Made by a program: the position numbers and the translations under genes. From an uncultured Campylobacter sp. (GTDB lineage: Bacteria > Campylobacterota > Campylobacteria > Campylobacterales > Campylobacteraceae): a DNA stretch of 64,000 nt. Below the pieces are notes generated by a model. It was not told where the DNA came from. It saw nothing but the letters and a program-made list of their open reading frames with translations, and ran no database searches. The stretch is taken from the NCBI RefSeq assembly GCF_938041645.1, contig NZ_CALIST010000067.1, positions 4,832 through 68,831 on the forward strand. The letters run 5' to 3'. Positions 9,811 to 20,188 of the stretch are shown piece by piece. Each line of letters opens with the position of its first letter. Position 1 is the first letter of the stretch.

Positions 9811-11004
9811 TTAGTGCAGGCAGATCTTTAGTGCCTCTTTCAGCCGCCCTAGCCCGTCTTTTAGCAGCGCCCTGGATGTCGCGATATTTAGGCGCAAAAA
9901 TTTCTCGCCGCCCTTGCCGTATTGCGCGCCGCAGGAGAGATACAGCCCCGTTTTTTCGCGGATGAAGCGCGCAAGCTCCGCGCTATCCTGCGTGTAAGCG
10001 CCCGCATCAAGCCACATCAGATAGGTCGCATCTTGCGGCACGACATATATTTGCGGAAGCTCACGCGCGATAAATTCCGCCGCGAATTTGCGATTTTCGC
10101 TGAGGTATTCGCGCAGCGCGTCCAGCCACGGTGCACCCTTCGTAAATGCAGCGATCGCTCCTTGGACGCCGAAAAAATTCGGCTCGGCGATGTCGTCGGA
10201 ATTTAGCGCCTTTGAAATTTTATGACGCAAGCGTTTATCCGCGGCAAAGACCGCCGCGCTTTGCAGCCCCGCGATGTTAAAAGCCTTGGTTGGCGCGATT
10301 ATGCTAGCCGAGATCCTCTCGCAAGTCTTACTTGCCGCAGCAAATGGCGTGTAACGCACGCCCGGCTCGGTCAGATCGCAATGCACCTCGTCGCTAAGCA
10401 CCGTCACGCCGTGCTTCTCGCACAGCTCGCCGATGCGGGCAAGGTCATCCCTGCTAAAGGTGCGGCCGACCGGATTGTGCGGATTGCAAAGGATAAAAAG
10501 CGTCGTCTGCGGATCGGCGAGCTTGGCCTGTAGATCCTCCCAATCGATGCTATAATCGCCGTTAGCGTAGGCAAGCTCATTCTCCACAGGCACGCGGGCG
10601 GCGTTTTTGATGCAGTAGTAGAAGCAGTTATAAACGGGGCTCATCAGCAGCACGTTTTCGGCGGGCGAGGTGAGCTTGCGGATGATCGAATCGATCGCAG
10701 GCAGCGTGCCGCCGGCATAGATCAGCCACTCCTTTTGGATTTCATAATCGTGTCGCGCAAGCCACCAGCCTTGATACGCGCTGCGCCACTCATCATCGAC
10801 AAGCGAATAGCCTAAAACCCGCTCGTTTAGCCGCTTTTGCAGAGCCTCTATGATCTCGGGCGCGACGGCAAAGTCCATATCCGCGACCCACATCGGAAGC
10901 TCATTCTCGCCTACGTCCCATTTAAGCGACTTCGTGCCGCGGCGATTCGGCAGGGTGTCGAAGTCGTATTTCTCCTTGCCACTTATAAAATCAAAAAGTC
11001 CCAT
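9811..11004 (-). CDS. MalY/PatB family PLP-dependent C-S lyase (cystathionine beta-lyase)
   Basis: PMWVADMDF, LCNPHNPVG, SDEVH, APTKAFNIAG, ATYLMWLD. Confidence 0.9.
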   Translation of the reverse strand: MGLFDFISGKEKYDFDTLPNRRGTKSLKWDVGENELPMWVADMDFAVAPEIIEALQKRLNERVLGYSLVDDEWRSAYQGWWLARHDYEIQKEWLIYAGGTLPAIDSIIRKLTSPAENVLLMSPVYNCFYYCIKNAARVPVENELAYANGDYSIDWEDLQAKLADPQTTLFILCNPHNPVGRTFSRDDLARIGELCEKHGVTVLSDEVHCDLTEPGVRYTPFAAASKTCERISASIIAPTKAFNIAGLQSAAVFAADKRLRHKISKALNSDDIAEPNFFGVQGAIAAFTKGAPWLDALREYLSENRKFAAEFIARELPQIYVVPQDATYLMWLDAGAYTQDSAELARFIREKTGLYLSCGAQYGKGGEKFLRLNIATSRALLKDGLGRLKEALKICLH

Positions 11005-11005
11005 C

Positions 11006-11848
11006 TTACGCCCTTAATTCAGTAATGATTTCAGTTTTAGACGCGTCCGTTGCGCCGTCTAGGATCAGCTCGCCGATGCTTGCCGCGCGGATTAGCCCGC
11101 TGCTCGGATTTTTGACGCTATCGATCGCGCCTTTTACCTCGGCATGCACGTCGCTGTATTCAAACGCTAGCGTCGTATTTACGAGCTCACAGTCTTGCAA
11201 GCGTAAATTTTGCATATAGCAAAAGCCCTGCAGGCTCTCGATCTTGCAGTTTCGCAGCGTTACGTTTTTGGAATTCCACCCGAAATATTCGCCCGCGATG
11301 AAGCAGTCCTCGATGAGGATATTTTCGCAGTTCCAAAACGCGTCCTTGGAGAGGAGTTTGGAATTTTTAATCGTTACGTTTTTGCAACCGTCAAAGCAGT
11401 AATCCCCAAAAAGCGATAGATTTTCGATGTTTAAGCTTTCGCAATCAAGCCCGAAATACGCGCCCTTTGCGGTGACGTTTTTTAGCGTGACGTCGCTGCA
11501 GTGCCACAAGGTCTCCTGCGCGTCGTGGAATTCTACGTTTTGCAGCGCGGCGTCTTTTACGCGGCGAAACCCTTTAGGCGCGCCGTAAAGGCAGTCTTTT
11601 AGCACCACGCCGCGGCTATACCAGATCCCTGCGCGCGCGATCTCGTCAAAGAAGCAGTCCTGCACGCGGATATTTCCGGCGTACCAAAACGGATATTTCC
11701 ACTCAAATTTACAGTTTTGCGCGATGATATTTGCGCTGTGTTTTAGCGGCGACTCGCCCTCGCCGAAGACGGAATTTTCGATCCGCAGATCCTTTGCGCC
11801 GAACAGCGCGCGCTCGCCGCTAAAGTGCTTTTGCCTCAATGTCTGCAT
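11006..11848 (-). CDS. DUF3737 family beta-helix protein
   Basis: GERALF, GESPLK, WKYPFW, SKDAFW, LAFEYS, IDSVKNP. Confidence 0.85.
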   Translation of the reverse strand: MQTLRQKHFSGERALFGAKDLRIENSVFGEGESPLKHSANIIAQNCKFEWKYPFWYAGNIRVQDCFFDEIARAGIWYSRGVVLKDCLYGAPKGFRRVKDAALQNVEFHDAQETLWHCSDVTLKNVTAKGAYFGLDCESLNIENLSLFGDYCFDGCKNVTIKNSKLLSKDAFWNCENILIEDCFIAGEYFGWNSKNVTLRNCKIESLQGFCYMQNLRLQDCELVNTTLAFEYSDVHAEVKGAIDSVKNPSSGLIRAASIGELILDGATDASKTEIITELRA

Positions 11849-12279
11849 GGCTTTCCTTAGATTTTAAAATTTGCTTCGGATTATACAAGGAATTTCAAAA
11901 TTCCGCATAGATTAGGCGTATGAAACGCAAGCGAATTTTAAAAATTTTAAAATTTAAAGGCGGCGAAGGACTAAATTTGACGCGCCTCGGTAGTGGTTAC
12001 GAAACATATGCGGCGAATGCACGGCAAATCGCCGCACGTTTATAAAGGCGTTTTTGTAAACGCCCTAATGAAGCGCGCCTAGATCACTACGGCTATTCGC
12101 GTATTCGTTTAGGCACCCGTATCTGCCCACGACGCGTGTCGCTCGAAAGATACATAAAAATTTATCGCAAGCGGCGCCTTATAAAATTTGTAAAATTTTC
12201 TACAATCAACGTGCAAGTTTCCCTAAAGCGTCGTGTCTGAAAAAGCGCAAATTTTACCCCGCACACAAACTGGGCGCGT

Positions 12280-12759
12280 CTAATGCTCGTGGTGATGCAA
12301 GTGGATGTCTTCGCCGCGGTCTCGATCTGTAGCGCGTTTTCGCAGATCAAAATACACAAAAAGCCCGCTAGGCTCGCCATCCTCGTAAATTTCAAGCTTG
12401 TAGCGCATTACGGCGTGCGTGCATACTGCAACGTCAAGCGTCGCTTCATAGCCGTCTGCGCTGCGCTTTAGCGGGAATTCCGCATTGCCCATATTCATAC
12501 TCACGCCCGAAATTTTAACGCTCGGATTTTTCAGCTCACGCGAAATTCCGCTTATTTTTAGCTCATTTGCTCCCGCTTCGATCGGATGGCGCGCTACGCT
12601 AAAGAGCGCCTTCTGCCCGCCCGCGTTAGTCTCGCAGTCCTGTGCGGCTAGATTGCAACCCAGACGCGTCCTTATATCCTTAAATAATGCATCGCTCTCA
12701 TCCGCGCCAAATCCTAAAGTAGCGGCGAGAATCAAGCTAAAACGTAGAGCCTTTATCAT
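12280..12759 (-). CDS. periplasmic protein with Cys/Met motifs and a His-rich tail
   Basis: signal peptide, CNLAAQDC, MNMG, VCTHAVMRY, C-terminal HLHHHEH. Confidence 0.7.
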   Translation of the reverse strand: MIKALRFSLILAATLGFGADESDALFKDIRTRLGCNLAAQDCETNAGGQKALFSVARHPIEAGANELKISGISRELKNPSVKISGVSMNMGNAEFPLKRSADGYEATLDVAVCTHAVMRYKLEIYEDGEPSGLFVYFDLRKRATDRDRGEDIHLHHHEH

Positions 12760-12875
12760 TATGATCCTTTGTAAATGAAATTTGTGCGCAATTTTAGCAG
12801 AAAATTCCGCGCCTATTAAAAATATTTATTAAAATTTTAGCTAAAATAACGATATCTTTTACGAAAGGATGAAAA

Positions 12876-13238
12876 ATGGCTGAGTTTTTAATCAAAGACG
12901 CCAAGGACGGCTGCAAATTCGATCTACTCTATGACGGACACGTGCTATGTACTTCGGAGGTTTACACGAGCAAGGCCGCTTGCAAAAACGGCATCGAAAG
13001 CGTCGCAAAAAACGCCGCACTAAATAAGATCGAGGATCAAATCGCGGGCGGCGAAAAGCTAAACAATCCGAAATTTGAGCTTTACACCGATAAAGCAGAC
13101 AAGGTTCGCTTCCGCCTAACGGCCAGCAACGGACAGATCATCGCCGTCAGCAAGGATTTTGAGGCCAAGGCGGACGCCCTAAAAGTAATAGAACTTATTG
13201 TAAAACAGGCCCCGAAAGCCAAGATCAAGGAGGCGTAA
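12876..13238 (+). CDS. YegP (DUF1508) family protein
   Basis: two repeats: TSEVYTSKAACKNGIESV and RFRLTASNGQIIAVS. Confidence 0.85.
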   Translation: MAEFLIKDAKDGCKFDLLYDGHVLCTSEVYTSKAACKNGIESVAKNAALNKIEDQIAGGEKLNNPKFELYTDKADKVRFRLTASNGQIIAVSKDFEAKADALKVIELIVKQAPKAKIKEA

Positions 13239-13685
13239 ATGGACATAAATGGACTTGTAAATATGGTCTCTGCGCTCAAAAGCGACGATAAAAATTTAAG
13301 AGAATTCCAAAGCGGCCCTGTCGCTTTTATCGAGAAATTTCTAGGCGTGGATCTGCCCGACGATCAGATAAATGCGATAATTGCGGGCATCAGCTCAAAT
13401 TTTTTAAGCAAAAACGAAAGCGGCGGGTCTGGCTCGCTAGGCTCGATGTTGGGCGGACTTTTGGGCGGCGGCGAGGACGTGCGGGCAAACGCCGTCGATA
13501 GCAAAGGGGTGGATTTTAGCGCGCTGATCGGCAAAATCGCAAGCGCCAAGCTCGACCTAAACGGCGACGGCAAAGTCGATATCAACGACGCAAGCAGCTT
13601 TTTGGGCGATCTTTTAGGAGGCGGCGCAAACGGCGAAGATAAGGGGTTAAATTTAGGCAGTCTGCTAAAAACGTTTAAAATTTAA
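13239..13685 (+). CDS. hypothetical Gly-rich protein with EF-hand/dockerin-like loop
   Basis: AAGGAGG RBS, starts immediately after the YegP stop; LGVDLPDDQI; DLNGDGKVDIND. Confidence 0.7.
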   Translation: MDINGLVNMVSALKSDDKNLREFQSGPVAFIEKFLGVDLPDDQINAIIAGISSNFLSKNESGGSGSLGSMLGGLLGGGEDVRANAVDSKGVDFSALIGKIASAKLDLNGDGKVDINDASSFLGDLLGGGANGEDKGLNLGSLLKTFKI

Positions 13686-14181
13686 ACGAGGCTAAATTTA
13701 AAATGCAGGCCGGATTTTGCGCGACGATGTTTAAATTTGCGCGCGCTATTTTAATCCGCGCCTGCGTCGTTTAACGCTCGCGCAAAGAATTTAAATTTAT
13801 ATTGCATTGCGCGCGCGATGCCTTGGACTTAGGCAAAACGAGCTTAAATTATAACAAGACGGTGTTTAAATTTAAGCCGCTTCTTTGTAGCATTTTATTT
13901 ATGCTGCCGCGACATAGCACTCTGCTCCACTCTTTTGATCGTCCATATTGAGCCAAAATAACCACGAACTCTGCTTTAAATTTTATCTTTGCTCTTTAAC
14001 GTCCGCTTTAAATTTAGTCGCTTTTTTGCTCCATTTCATTTCGCTACCCATTCAAATTCCCACGTAGCGTGTCATAGCATGCTATTAAATTTTAAAAACG
14101 TCTATAAATTAAACACGAAAGAGTTCGCCTAAAAAGGATATATTTTATTTCTATTTACTGTTTAGGTAGTATAATCGTCCT

Positions 14182-14244
14182 TGTCCGACAAGATAAAACC
14201 TCCTTTTTGTATGAAGCCCGAGTTTAAAAGCTCGGGCTTTTTTT
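14182..14244 (+). ncRNA. candidate small RNA with an anti-SD segment
   Basis: TATAAT 14170-14175, ACCTCCTT 14198-14205, terminator 14214-14244, no ORF inside. Confidence 0.6.
14214..14244 (+). terminator. intrinsic terminator
   Basis: AAGCCCGAG/CTCGGGCTT stem followed by a T run. Confidence 0.85.
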
Positions 14245-14257
14245 ATGCCCGAAATTC

Positions 14258-14266
14258 TGCTATAAT
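14258..14266 (+). promoter_or_regulatory. extended -10 promoter of moaC
   Basis: TGCTATAAT 27 bp before the moaC ATG. Confidence 0.7.
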
Positions 14267-14292
14267 CCCGCCAAAAACTACAAGGAAATTTT

Positions 14293-14763
14293 ATGCTTTC
14301 ACATATCGACGAAAACAATATGCCCCGCATGGTGGATGTCGGCGCTAAGGACGATAGCGAGCGCGTAGCCACCGCTAGCGGCATCATACGAATGAGCGCG
14401 GAGGCGTTTGCCGCCGTCAAGCAAAACACGGCCAAAAAAGGTCCCGTGCTTCAAACCGCCGTCGTTGCCGCGATAATGGGCGCTAAAAAGACGAGCGAAT
14501 TAATACCAATGACCCATCCGCTTACGATTACTTCCATTAAAACGGATATCGAGGAGCTTGCGAGCGAGTGCGCGTTTAAGCTTTTTGTAACGGTGAAAAT
14601 CACGGGCAAAACCGGCGTCGAGATGGAGGCGCTAACGGGCGTGAGCGTGGGGCTGCTGACGATTTATGATATGCTAAAAGCGATCGATAAATCGATGCAG
14701 ATCACCGACGTCGTACTGCAACGCAAAGAGGGGGGCAAGAGTGGCGTGTATATTAGGAGCTGA
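14293..14763 (+). CDS. moaC: cyclic pyranopterin monophosphate synthase
   Basis: [37 protein letters not shown]. Confidence 0.95.
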   Translation: MLSHIDENNMPRMVDVGAKDDSERVATASGIIRMSAEAFAAVKQNTAKKGPVLQTAVVAAIMGAKKTSELIPMTHPLTITSIKTDIEELASECAFKLFVTVKITGKTGVEMEALTGVSVGLLTIYDMLKAIDKSMQITDVVLQRKEGGKSGVYIRS

Positions 14764-15001
14764 AAAGCCGAAAATCGACTATCCACTCTTTTGGGAATAC
14801 AAAGTAGTCCTAGACGCGACTACTCAAAAGCGCGAGCAGATCGATGAAATTTTAAAGGGCGAAAATTACAAAATAGACTTTTCGCGCTTTTCAAACGGCG
14901 GCAAATATATGAGCTTCAACGTAAGCGTTTTCGTTAAAGACGACTTGCATCGAAACGAAATTTTCGAGCGCTTAAAGGCTCATTTTAAATACATACTGTA
15001 G
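14741..15001 (+). CDS. HP0495/DUF493 (YbeD-like) family protein
   Basis: KIDYP..WEYKV and S.GGKY.SF; overlaps the moaC end as in Campylobacter. Confidence 0.75.
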   Translation: MACILGAEKPKIDYPLFWEYKVVLDATTQKREQIDEILKGENYKIDFSRFSNGGKYMSFNVSVFVKDDLHRNEIFERLKAHFKYIL

Positions 15002-15009
15002 GAGAGGAT

Positions 15010-16269
15010 ATGAAGGAAAAACTGATAGAAAAATTCGGCGCCGATCTCGCGCAAATTTCACAAGCCGAGCTAGCCTCATATGTGCAAGAGCTCGCCTTGC
15101 AAGAAGCCACGAAGGCTTTGTGTGAGCTTGACGACGAGAGTAAAAGCGCCAAAAGCACGCAATTAATCCTAGACTTCGCAGCCGAGTTAAAAGACGCGGG
15201 CGCGCTTAGCGATGAGACGGCAGAAGCCCTACTTAACGGCGTTAAAAAGGCGCTGTGCGACGAGGACGAGCAGGGGCTTTACAAGCTCATCTACGACTAC
15301 GACGATCTGCGCAAAAAGATCGCTTGTAAGCAAAAGGCTATTAAAGCACTTGTTTTGCGCAGCTACGATGATCTGGATACTGCGCTGCAAAACGCAAGCG
15401 AAACAGAGCTAAAAGAGCGCATAGGCTCGGCGCTACAGCGAGCGATCGCGAGCAAGCTTCCGCTTGCGGACGTACTTAAAGAAGCAAGCGAACTGGCCTT
15501 CATAAGCGTGCTCGAAAGCGGAACCGACATCGAGGACACCGCGCATGAGACGGCTAAAAACATCGCATTTTCGGCTATCGGCGACGGGGAATTTACAAAA
15601 TTCCGCACAAAAGAAATTTCAAAAATCATCATAAATCGCGCAATTTTCGTAGCAAACGAGAGTAAAAATACAGCCTCTGCGCTGATTAGAGGCGCGATTT
15701 TAGGCTGCTACGACGGCATAAACAAAGCCGCCGAAAGATACCGCGACGAGCTAAGTTTCTCGCCAGCAAGCGACGCACAGAGCCTAGAGAACGAAAGGCT
15801 TCAAATTTCGCAGATGAGCGAGCTATTTAGCGCGGTTTTAAGCGACGCAGTCGCAAGCTCGGAGGAGCCCGCTAAAAGCGAGATCGCCAAGATCGCCGAT
15901 GAAGAATTCGGCGGCTATTTGGCTAAATTTAGAAAAATTTCAAGCGATCTTGCCGAGCAACTAAGCGCCAAAATTGGCGAGATCGAGCTTGGCGAGCGCG
16001 CAAAAAAGGCAAGCGCCAAGGCACGCGAAATCACTCAAGAGCTGAGCCAAAAAAGCGCCAAAATCATCGAAAACCTCGATCTGGACGAGAAACTGGACGC
16101 AATCAAAAAAGAGCTTAGCGAGTTTGAAAAGAAGATGAGCCAAAAATTTGCCGAGCTAAAAAGCTCCGAGGTCGCCAAAAACGTGAGCGAAAGGGCGCGC
16201 GAGATGAGCGCTAAGGCTTACGAGGCCGCAAAAGAAACGATCGCCAAGCTAAAGTCCAAAAAGGACTAA
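15010..16269 (+). CDS. conserved coiled-coil hypothetical protein
   Basis: 419-aa helical A/E/K-rich ORF with RBS, third gene of the moaC operon. Confidence 0.75.
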   Translation: MKEKLIEKFGADLAQISQAELASYVQELALQEATKALCELDDESKSAKSTQLILDFAAELKDAGALSDETAEALLNGVKKALCDEDEQGLYKLIYDYDDLRKKIACKQKAIKALVLRSYDDLDTALQNASETELKERIGSALQRAIASKLPLADVLKEASELAFISVLESGTDIEDTAHETAKNIAFSAIGDGEFTKFRTKEISKIIINRAIFVANESKNTASALIRGAILGCYDGINKAAERYRDELSFSPASDAQSLENERLQISQMSELFSAVLSDAVASSEEPAKSEIAKIADEEFGGYLAKFRKISSDLAEQLSAKIGEIELGERAKKASAKAREITQELSQKSAKIIENLDLDEKLDAIKKELSEFEKKMSQKFAELKSSEVAKNVSERAREMSAKAYEAAKETIAKLKSKKD

Positions 16270-17385
16270 ATGGGCGCCGCGGGCGCGAAATCCCTAACGG
16301 TAAACACTCGGCGCTCGCTGCTTTGCGCTGCAAAATTTACTAGCATGCCTTAAAGCTCGCGCGCCCTAAAAGAAAGGAGCTTTCGTTAGAGTTTGCGAGG
16401 CCTGCGCAGAATTCTTTATGCGCTTTAACGGCGCTGTAAAATTCCATGCTGATAAAGAATTTTACGAATTTTGCATAGCTAAATTTAGATGCGCGCTGCA
16501 AAATTCCGTGCCGCCAAAAATCCTACGGCGATGCGAGACCCCGGTCCAACCAAATCTTGCCGCAGTGATAAAATTCTAAGTGTAAAATTTTATAGCTGAC
16601 GCGGCACATATAAAATTCCAAAGCCGGCGCGGATTTTTAAGCTTGAAATTTCATCGTACAAATTTGCGTAGCCGAATTTTAAAATTCTAAACGCATAAAA
16701 TTAAAATTCCGCCTCAAAGTGATATGGCACGATTTGCAGTTTGAAATTTTATCCCGACGCGCGCAAATGAAATCCCACGAGATAAATTCTACAAAAAGGC
16801 GTATGTGGCGTTTGGCATTTCTGCGATCATTTCAATTCTAATAAAACGCGATTCCACTGCAGCGTAAGATGCGATGTGAAGGGCTACCACTAAGCTAACA
16901 ATTAGAATTTATGCACCACAAAATACTAACGCGACTCATCTCAAATCATAGCGATATCCAAGCCCATTTTATCGCGCGATTTGATTATGTAAATTTCAAA
17001 TTGCTCTTATCCGCCCAAATTGAGCGCTTAGTGCAAATAAAATTCCGCCGGATTTATCGTAGCCTACGCAGCATAAATTTAAAACCGCGCCCCCTGCCTT
17101 TATTTAGGCGCAGAGGCGCCTTGTTTATACAACACCGCACTTGGACAAATCCACTACTTTCACATAGCAATGCCTCGTTTACGCCGCGATAAAATTCTGC
17201 GAAATCACCGCTAAATTTTATCGTTAAATTACAAAGCCCAATCCTATTTTAAAGGCGACGGGTGTTCTTAAATTTCACGACAAATTACAAATAGATCGCG
17301 CCTGCAAAATACAGCAATTCAAAATAAAATTCTAAAAATTTAATCAAATTTCGCTAAAATCGCCGCAAAATTTTAAGGAGAAAAG

Positions 17386-18195
17386 ATGAAAAAAATAGCT
17401 CTTTTAATATCCTTTGCTGCGATGATGATTTTTACCGGCTGCGCGAGCACCACGCAAGGCGGCGCCGTAGGCATCGACCGCTCGCAATTCATCACCGTAA
17501 GCGAAGCTGAAATGGATCAAAGTGCCGCGCTTGCCTACAAGCAGATTACCGCCCAAGCAAACGCCAAACATGTCCTAAATACTGATAAAAAGCTAACTGA
17601 TCGCGTTAGAGGCATCTCGAAGCGCCTAATCGCTCAAGTCGGCGCATTTCGCAAAGACGCACTGAAATGGAACTGGCAGGTAAACGTCATCAACGACCCT
17701 ACGATCAATGCTTGGTGTATGCCTGGCGGCCGTATCGTCGTATATACTGGCATCATCGAAAAACTAAAGCTTACCGATGCCGAGCTGGCTGCTATTTTGG
17801 GGCACGAGATGTCTCACGCACTGCGCGAACACAGCCGCGAGCGAGCCTCGACTGAACAGATGAAAGATGTCGGTATCGCCGTAGCAAGCTCCGCAGCAGG
17901 GCTTGGAGATCTGGGCTCAGCGGCTTTGAATATGGCGGCGCAGTACACATTCACGCTGCCGTTTTCGCGCACGCATGAGACGGAAGCCGATCTGATGGGC
18001 GTTGAGCTGATGGCGCGCGCAGGATACGATCCGAGGGCGGCGATAAACGTCTGGGAGAAGATGAATAAGCTAAATGAGAGCCATCCGCTTAAATTTATGT
18101 CCACGCACCCTTCAAATGACGATCGCATCGCCGATCTAAAAGAGGTGATGCCGAAAGTCTTGCCGCTTTACGAGGCTGCCACAAGAAATAGATAG
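17386..18195 (+). CDS. M48 family metallopeptidase lipoprotein
   Basis: lipobox FTGC, INAWCMPGG, HEMSH, FSR..E.EAD, STHP. Confidence 0.92.
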   Translation: MKKIALLISFAAMMIFTGCASTTQGGAVGIDRSQFITVSEAEMDQSAALAYKQITAQANAKHVLNTDKKLTDRVRGISKRLIAQVGAFRKDALKWNWQVNVINDPTINAWCMPGGRIVVYTGIIEKLKLTDAELAAILGHEMSHALREHSRERASTEQMKDVGIAVASSAAGLGDLGSAALNMAAQYTFTLPFSRTHETEADLMGVELMARAGYDPRAAINVWEKMNKLNESHPLKFMSTHPSNDDRIADLKEVMPKVLPLYEAATRNR

Positions 18196-18853
18196 TCTTG
18201 CGATTTAAAATTTCGCAAGAGCTTGCGCGCTAAGGTTTTTTAAGTAGCAGGTTTTATCGTCGCATTTAAATTTCTTAATGGGCTTGCGCGTGGCGCTAGG
18301 ATTATCCGCCGCCGCGCATAAGCTCTATCGCGATAAAATCTCGCCGCAACAAAGGTCTGCCGCGGCGCAAAATTCTAAATCGCCGCGAAATTCCGTTAAA
18401 ACGCACGATAAACAAAATCGCGCCTAGACAAAATTTCATTTCAAAACGCAAGCACTAGGCAAAATTCCGCCGCGCAGGAGGCCGAAATGTCCGTAGCTAC
18501 AGAATTTTACGGCGCGAAATTTTACGATTTTAAGCGCGATTAAATTTAGAGCAAAATTCTACCCCTTTGGACGCAGATAGAATTTCGCTATGGTCGTATG
18601 CAAACAAAATTTTGCAGCCGCAGTCAGGCATGAAAATAAAATTTATTCGGCTAGGCAGCAGATTTTAACGCTATTTTGCGCAGCGGCAAGTCTCGCGCGG
18701 GCAGATGAAATTTCGTGCGATAATAGAAGTAAAATTTCAACTTCGCGAAATTCTACGAGCGGGCCGCGAGGTATTTTCCGCACCTTTTGGATTTTAAAGC
18801 GTTTTTGGATATAATCATAAATATTTATTTTTAAATTTCAAAGGATAAAAAAT

Positions 18854-20188
18854 TTGGACACGGACAGTTCGGTTTTAATGTTAGTTTTAGCTTTTGTATT
18901 CATCTTTATGAATGCTTTTTTTGTTCTTTCGGAATTCTCAATCGTCAAAGTAAGAAAGTCTCGCCTCGAAGAGCTTATCAAGGATAAAATTCCAAACGCA
19001 AAGCTCGCTTTTAAAATTTCAAACTCCCTTGACACCTATCTCAGCGCCACTCAGCTAGGCATTACGATAAGCTCGCTAGCCCTCGGCTGGATCGGTGAGC
19101 CCGCGGTATCGAGACTGATCGAGCTGCCACTAAGATCCATCGGCATAGGCGGCGGAGCGGCGGCGCATACGATCGCCTTCGTCATATCTTTTACGCTCGT
19201 TACGCTATTTCACGTCGTGCTCGGCGAGCTGGTGCCAAAATCCATCGCTATTGCTAAAACCGAGAAGATCGTGCTTTTTATCTCCAGACCGCTTCATATT
19301 TTTTGGATTATGTTTTTCCCGATCATCAAGGCGTTTGACTTCATCGCCGCCGTTTCGCTTAAAATAATCGGCGTAAAGCCCGCCAAAGAGAGCGAGCTCG
19401 CGCTTTCGGACGAAGAGATCAAAATCATCGCAAGCGAGAGCCTAAAAGGCGGCGTGCTCGATAGCCTGGAGACCGAGATCATCAAAAACGCCGTCGATTT
19501 CAGCGACACGGTCGCTAAAGAGATAATGACGCCGCGCCGCGATCTAATTTGCCTAAACAAGCAGGCAAGCTACGAGGAGAACTACGACACCGTCTTGCAG
19601 TCTAGATTTACGCGCTTTCCGTATATTGACGGCAGCAAGGACAACGTCCTAGGCCTCATCCACATCCGCGACATCATCCAGCAAAAGGGCGGCAAAAGCT
19701 TCGACAAGATCGTGCGCAAGCTCATCATCGTGCCCGAAAACAGCCCGATCTCTAAAATTTTACCGATGATGAACAAACAGCGCGTGTTTGCCGCGCTCGT
19801 CATCGACGAATACGGCGGCACGGCGGGATTTTTGACGATGGAAGATATAATCGAAGAAATTTTCGGCGACATCAACGACGAACACGACGCGAATGCGCAA
19901 AATTTCAAACGCATCGACGAAAATACCTTTGAGTTTAGAGGGCGCTTCGAGATCGAAGACGTCGAGGAGGTGATGGGCATCGACTTCGATGAGGAGACCG
20001 AGCAGCTCACGATCGGCGGCTACGTCTTTAATCTCTTCGGCAGCCTACCTGAAATCGGCGATAAAATAAGCGATGAAAACTGCGACTATGAAGTGCTGCG
20101 AATGGACGGCACTAGGGTCTCGCTCGTAAAAGTCACCAAAAGGTGCGAACAGGAACTGCAAGAAAGAGACGAGAATAAAAACGAGTAG
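18854..20188 (+). CDS. HlyC/CorC (CNNM-CBS-CorC) family protein
   Basis: QLGIT, GELVPK, IMTPR, VIDEYGGTAG, EDIIEEIFG. Confidence 0.92.
   Translation: MDTDSSVLMLVLAFVFIFMNAFFVLSEFSIVKVRKSRLEELIKDKIPNAKLAFKISNSLDTYLSATQLGITISSLALGWIGEPAVSRLIELPLRSIGIGGGAAAHTIAFVISFTLVTLFHVVLGELVPKSIAIAKTEKIVLFISRPLHIFWIMFFPIIKAFDFIAAVSLKIIGVKPAKESELALSDEEIKIIASESLKGGVLDSLETEIIKNAVDFSDTVAKEIMTPRRDLICLNKQASYEENYDTVLQSRFTRFPYIDGSKDNVLGLIHIRDIIQQKGGKSFDKIVRKLIIVPENSPISKILPMMNKQRVFAALVIDEYGGTAGFLTMEDIIEEIFGDINDEHDANAQNFKRIDENTFEFRGRFEIEDVEEVMGIDFDEETEQLTIGGYVFNLFGSLPEIGDKISDENCDYEVLRMDGTRVSLVKVTKRCEQELQERDENKNE

Noticed and set aside
14161..14290. Moco riboswitch upstream of moaC, or a type I toxin ORF on the - strand
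   Set aside because: No Moco RNA motif recognised and moaC has its own downstream promoter; the - strand ORF after AGGAGG is only 9 polar codons.
14729..14736. G run in moaC as a phase-variable tract
   Set aside because: Only six G and the frame is intact; Campylobacter contingency tracts are typically longer.
16911..17192. 93-aa ORF in a spacer
   Set aside because: No RBS, spacer-like composition, no motifs.
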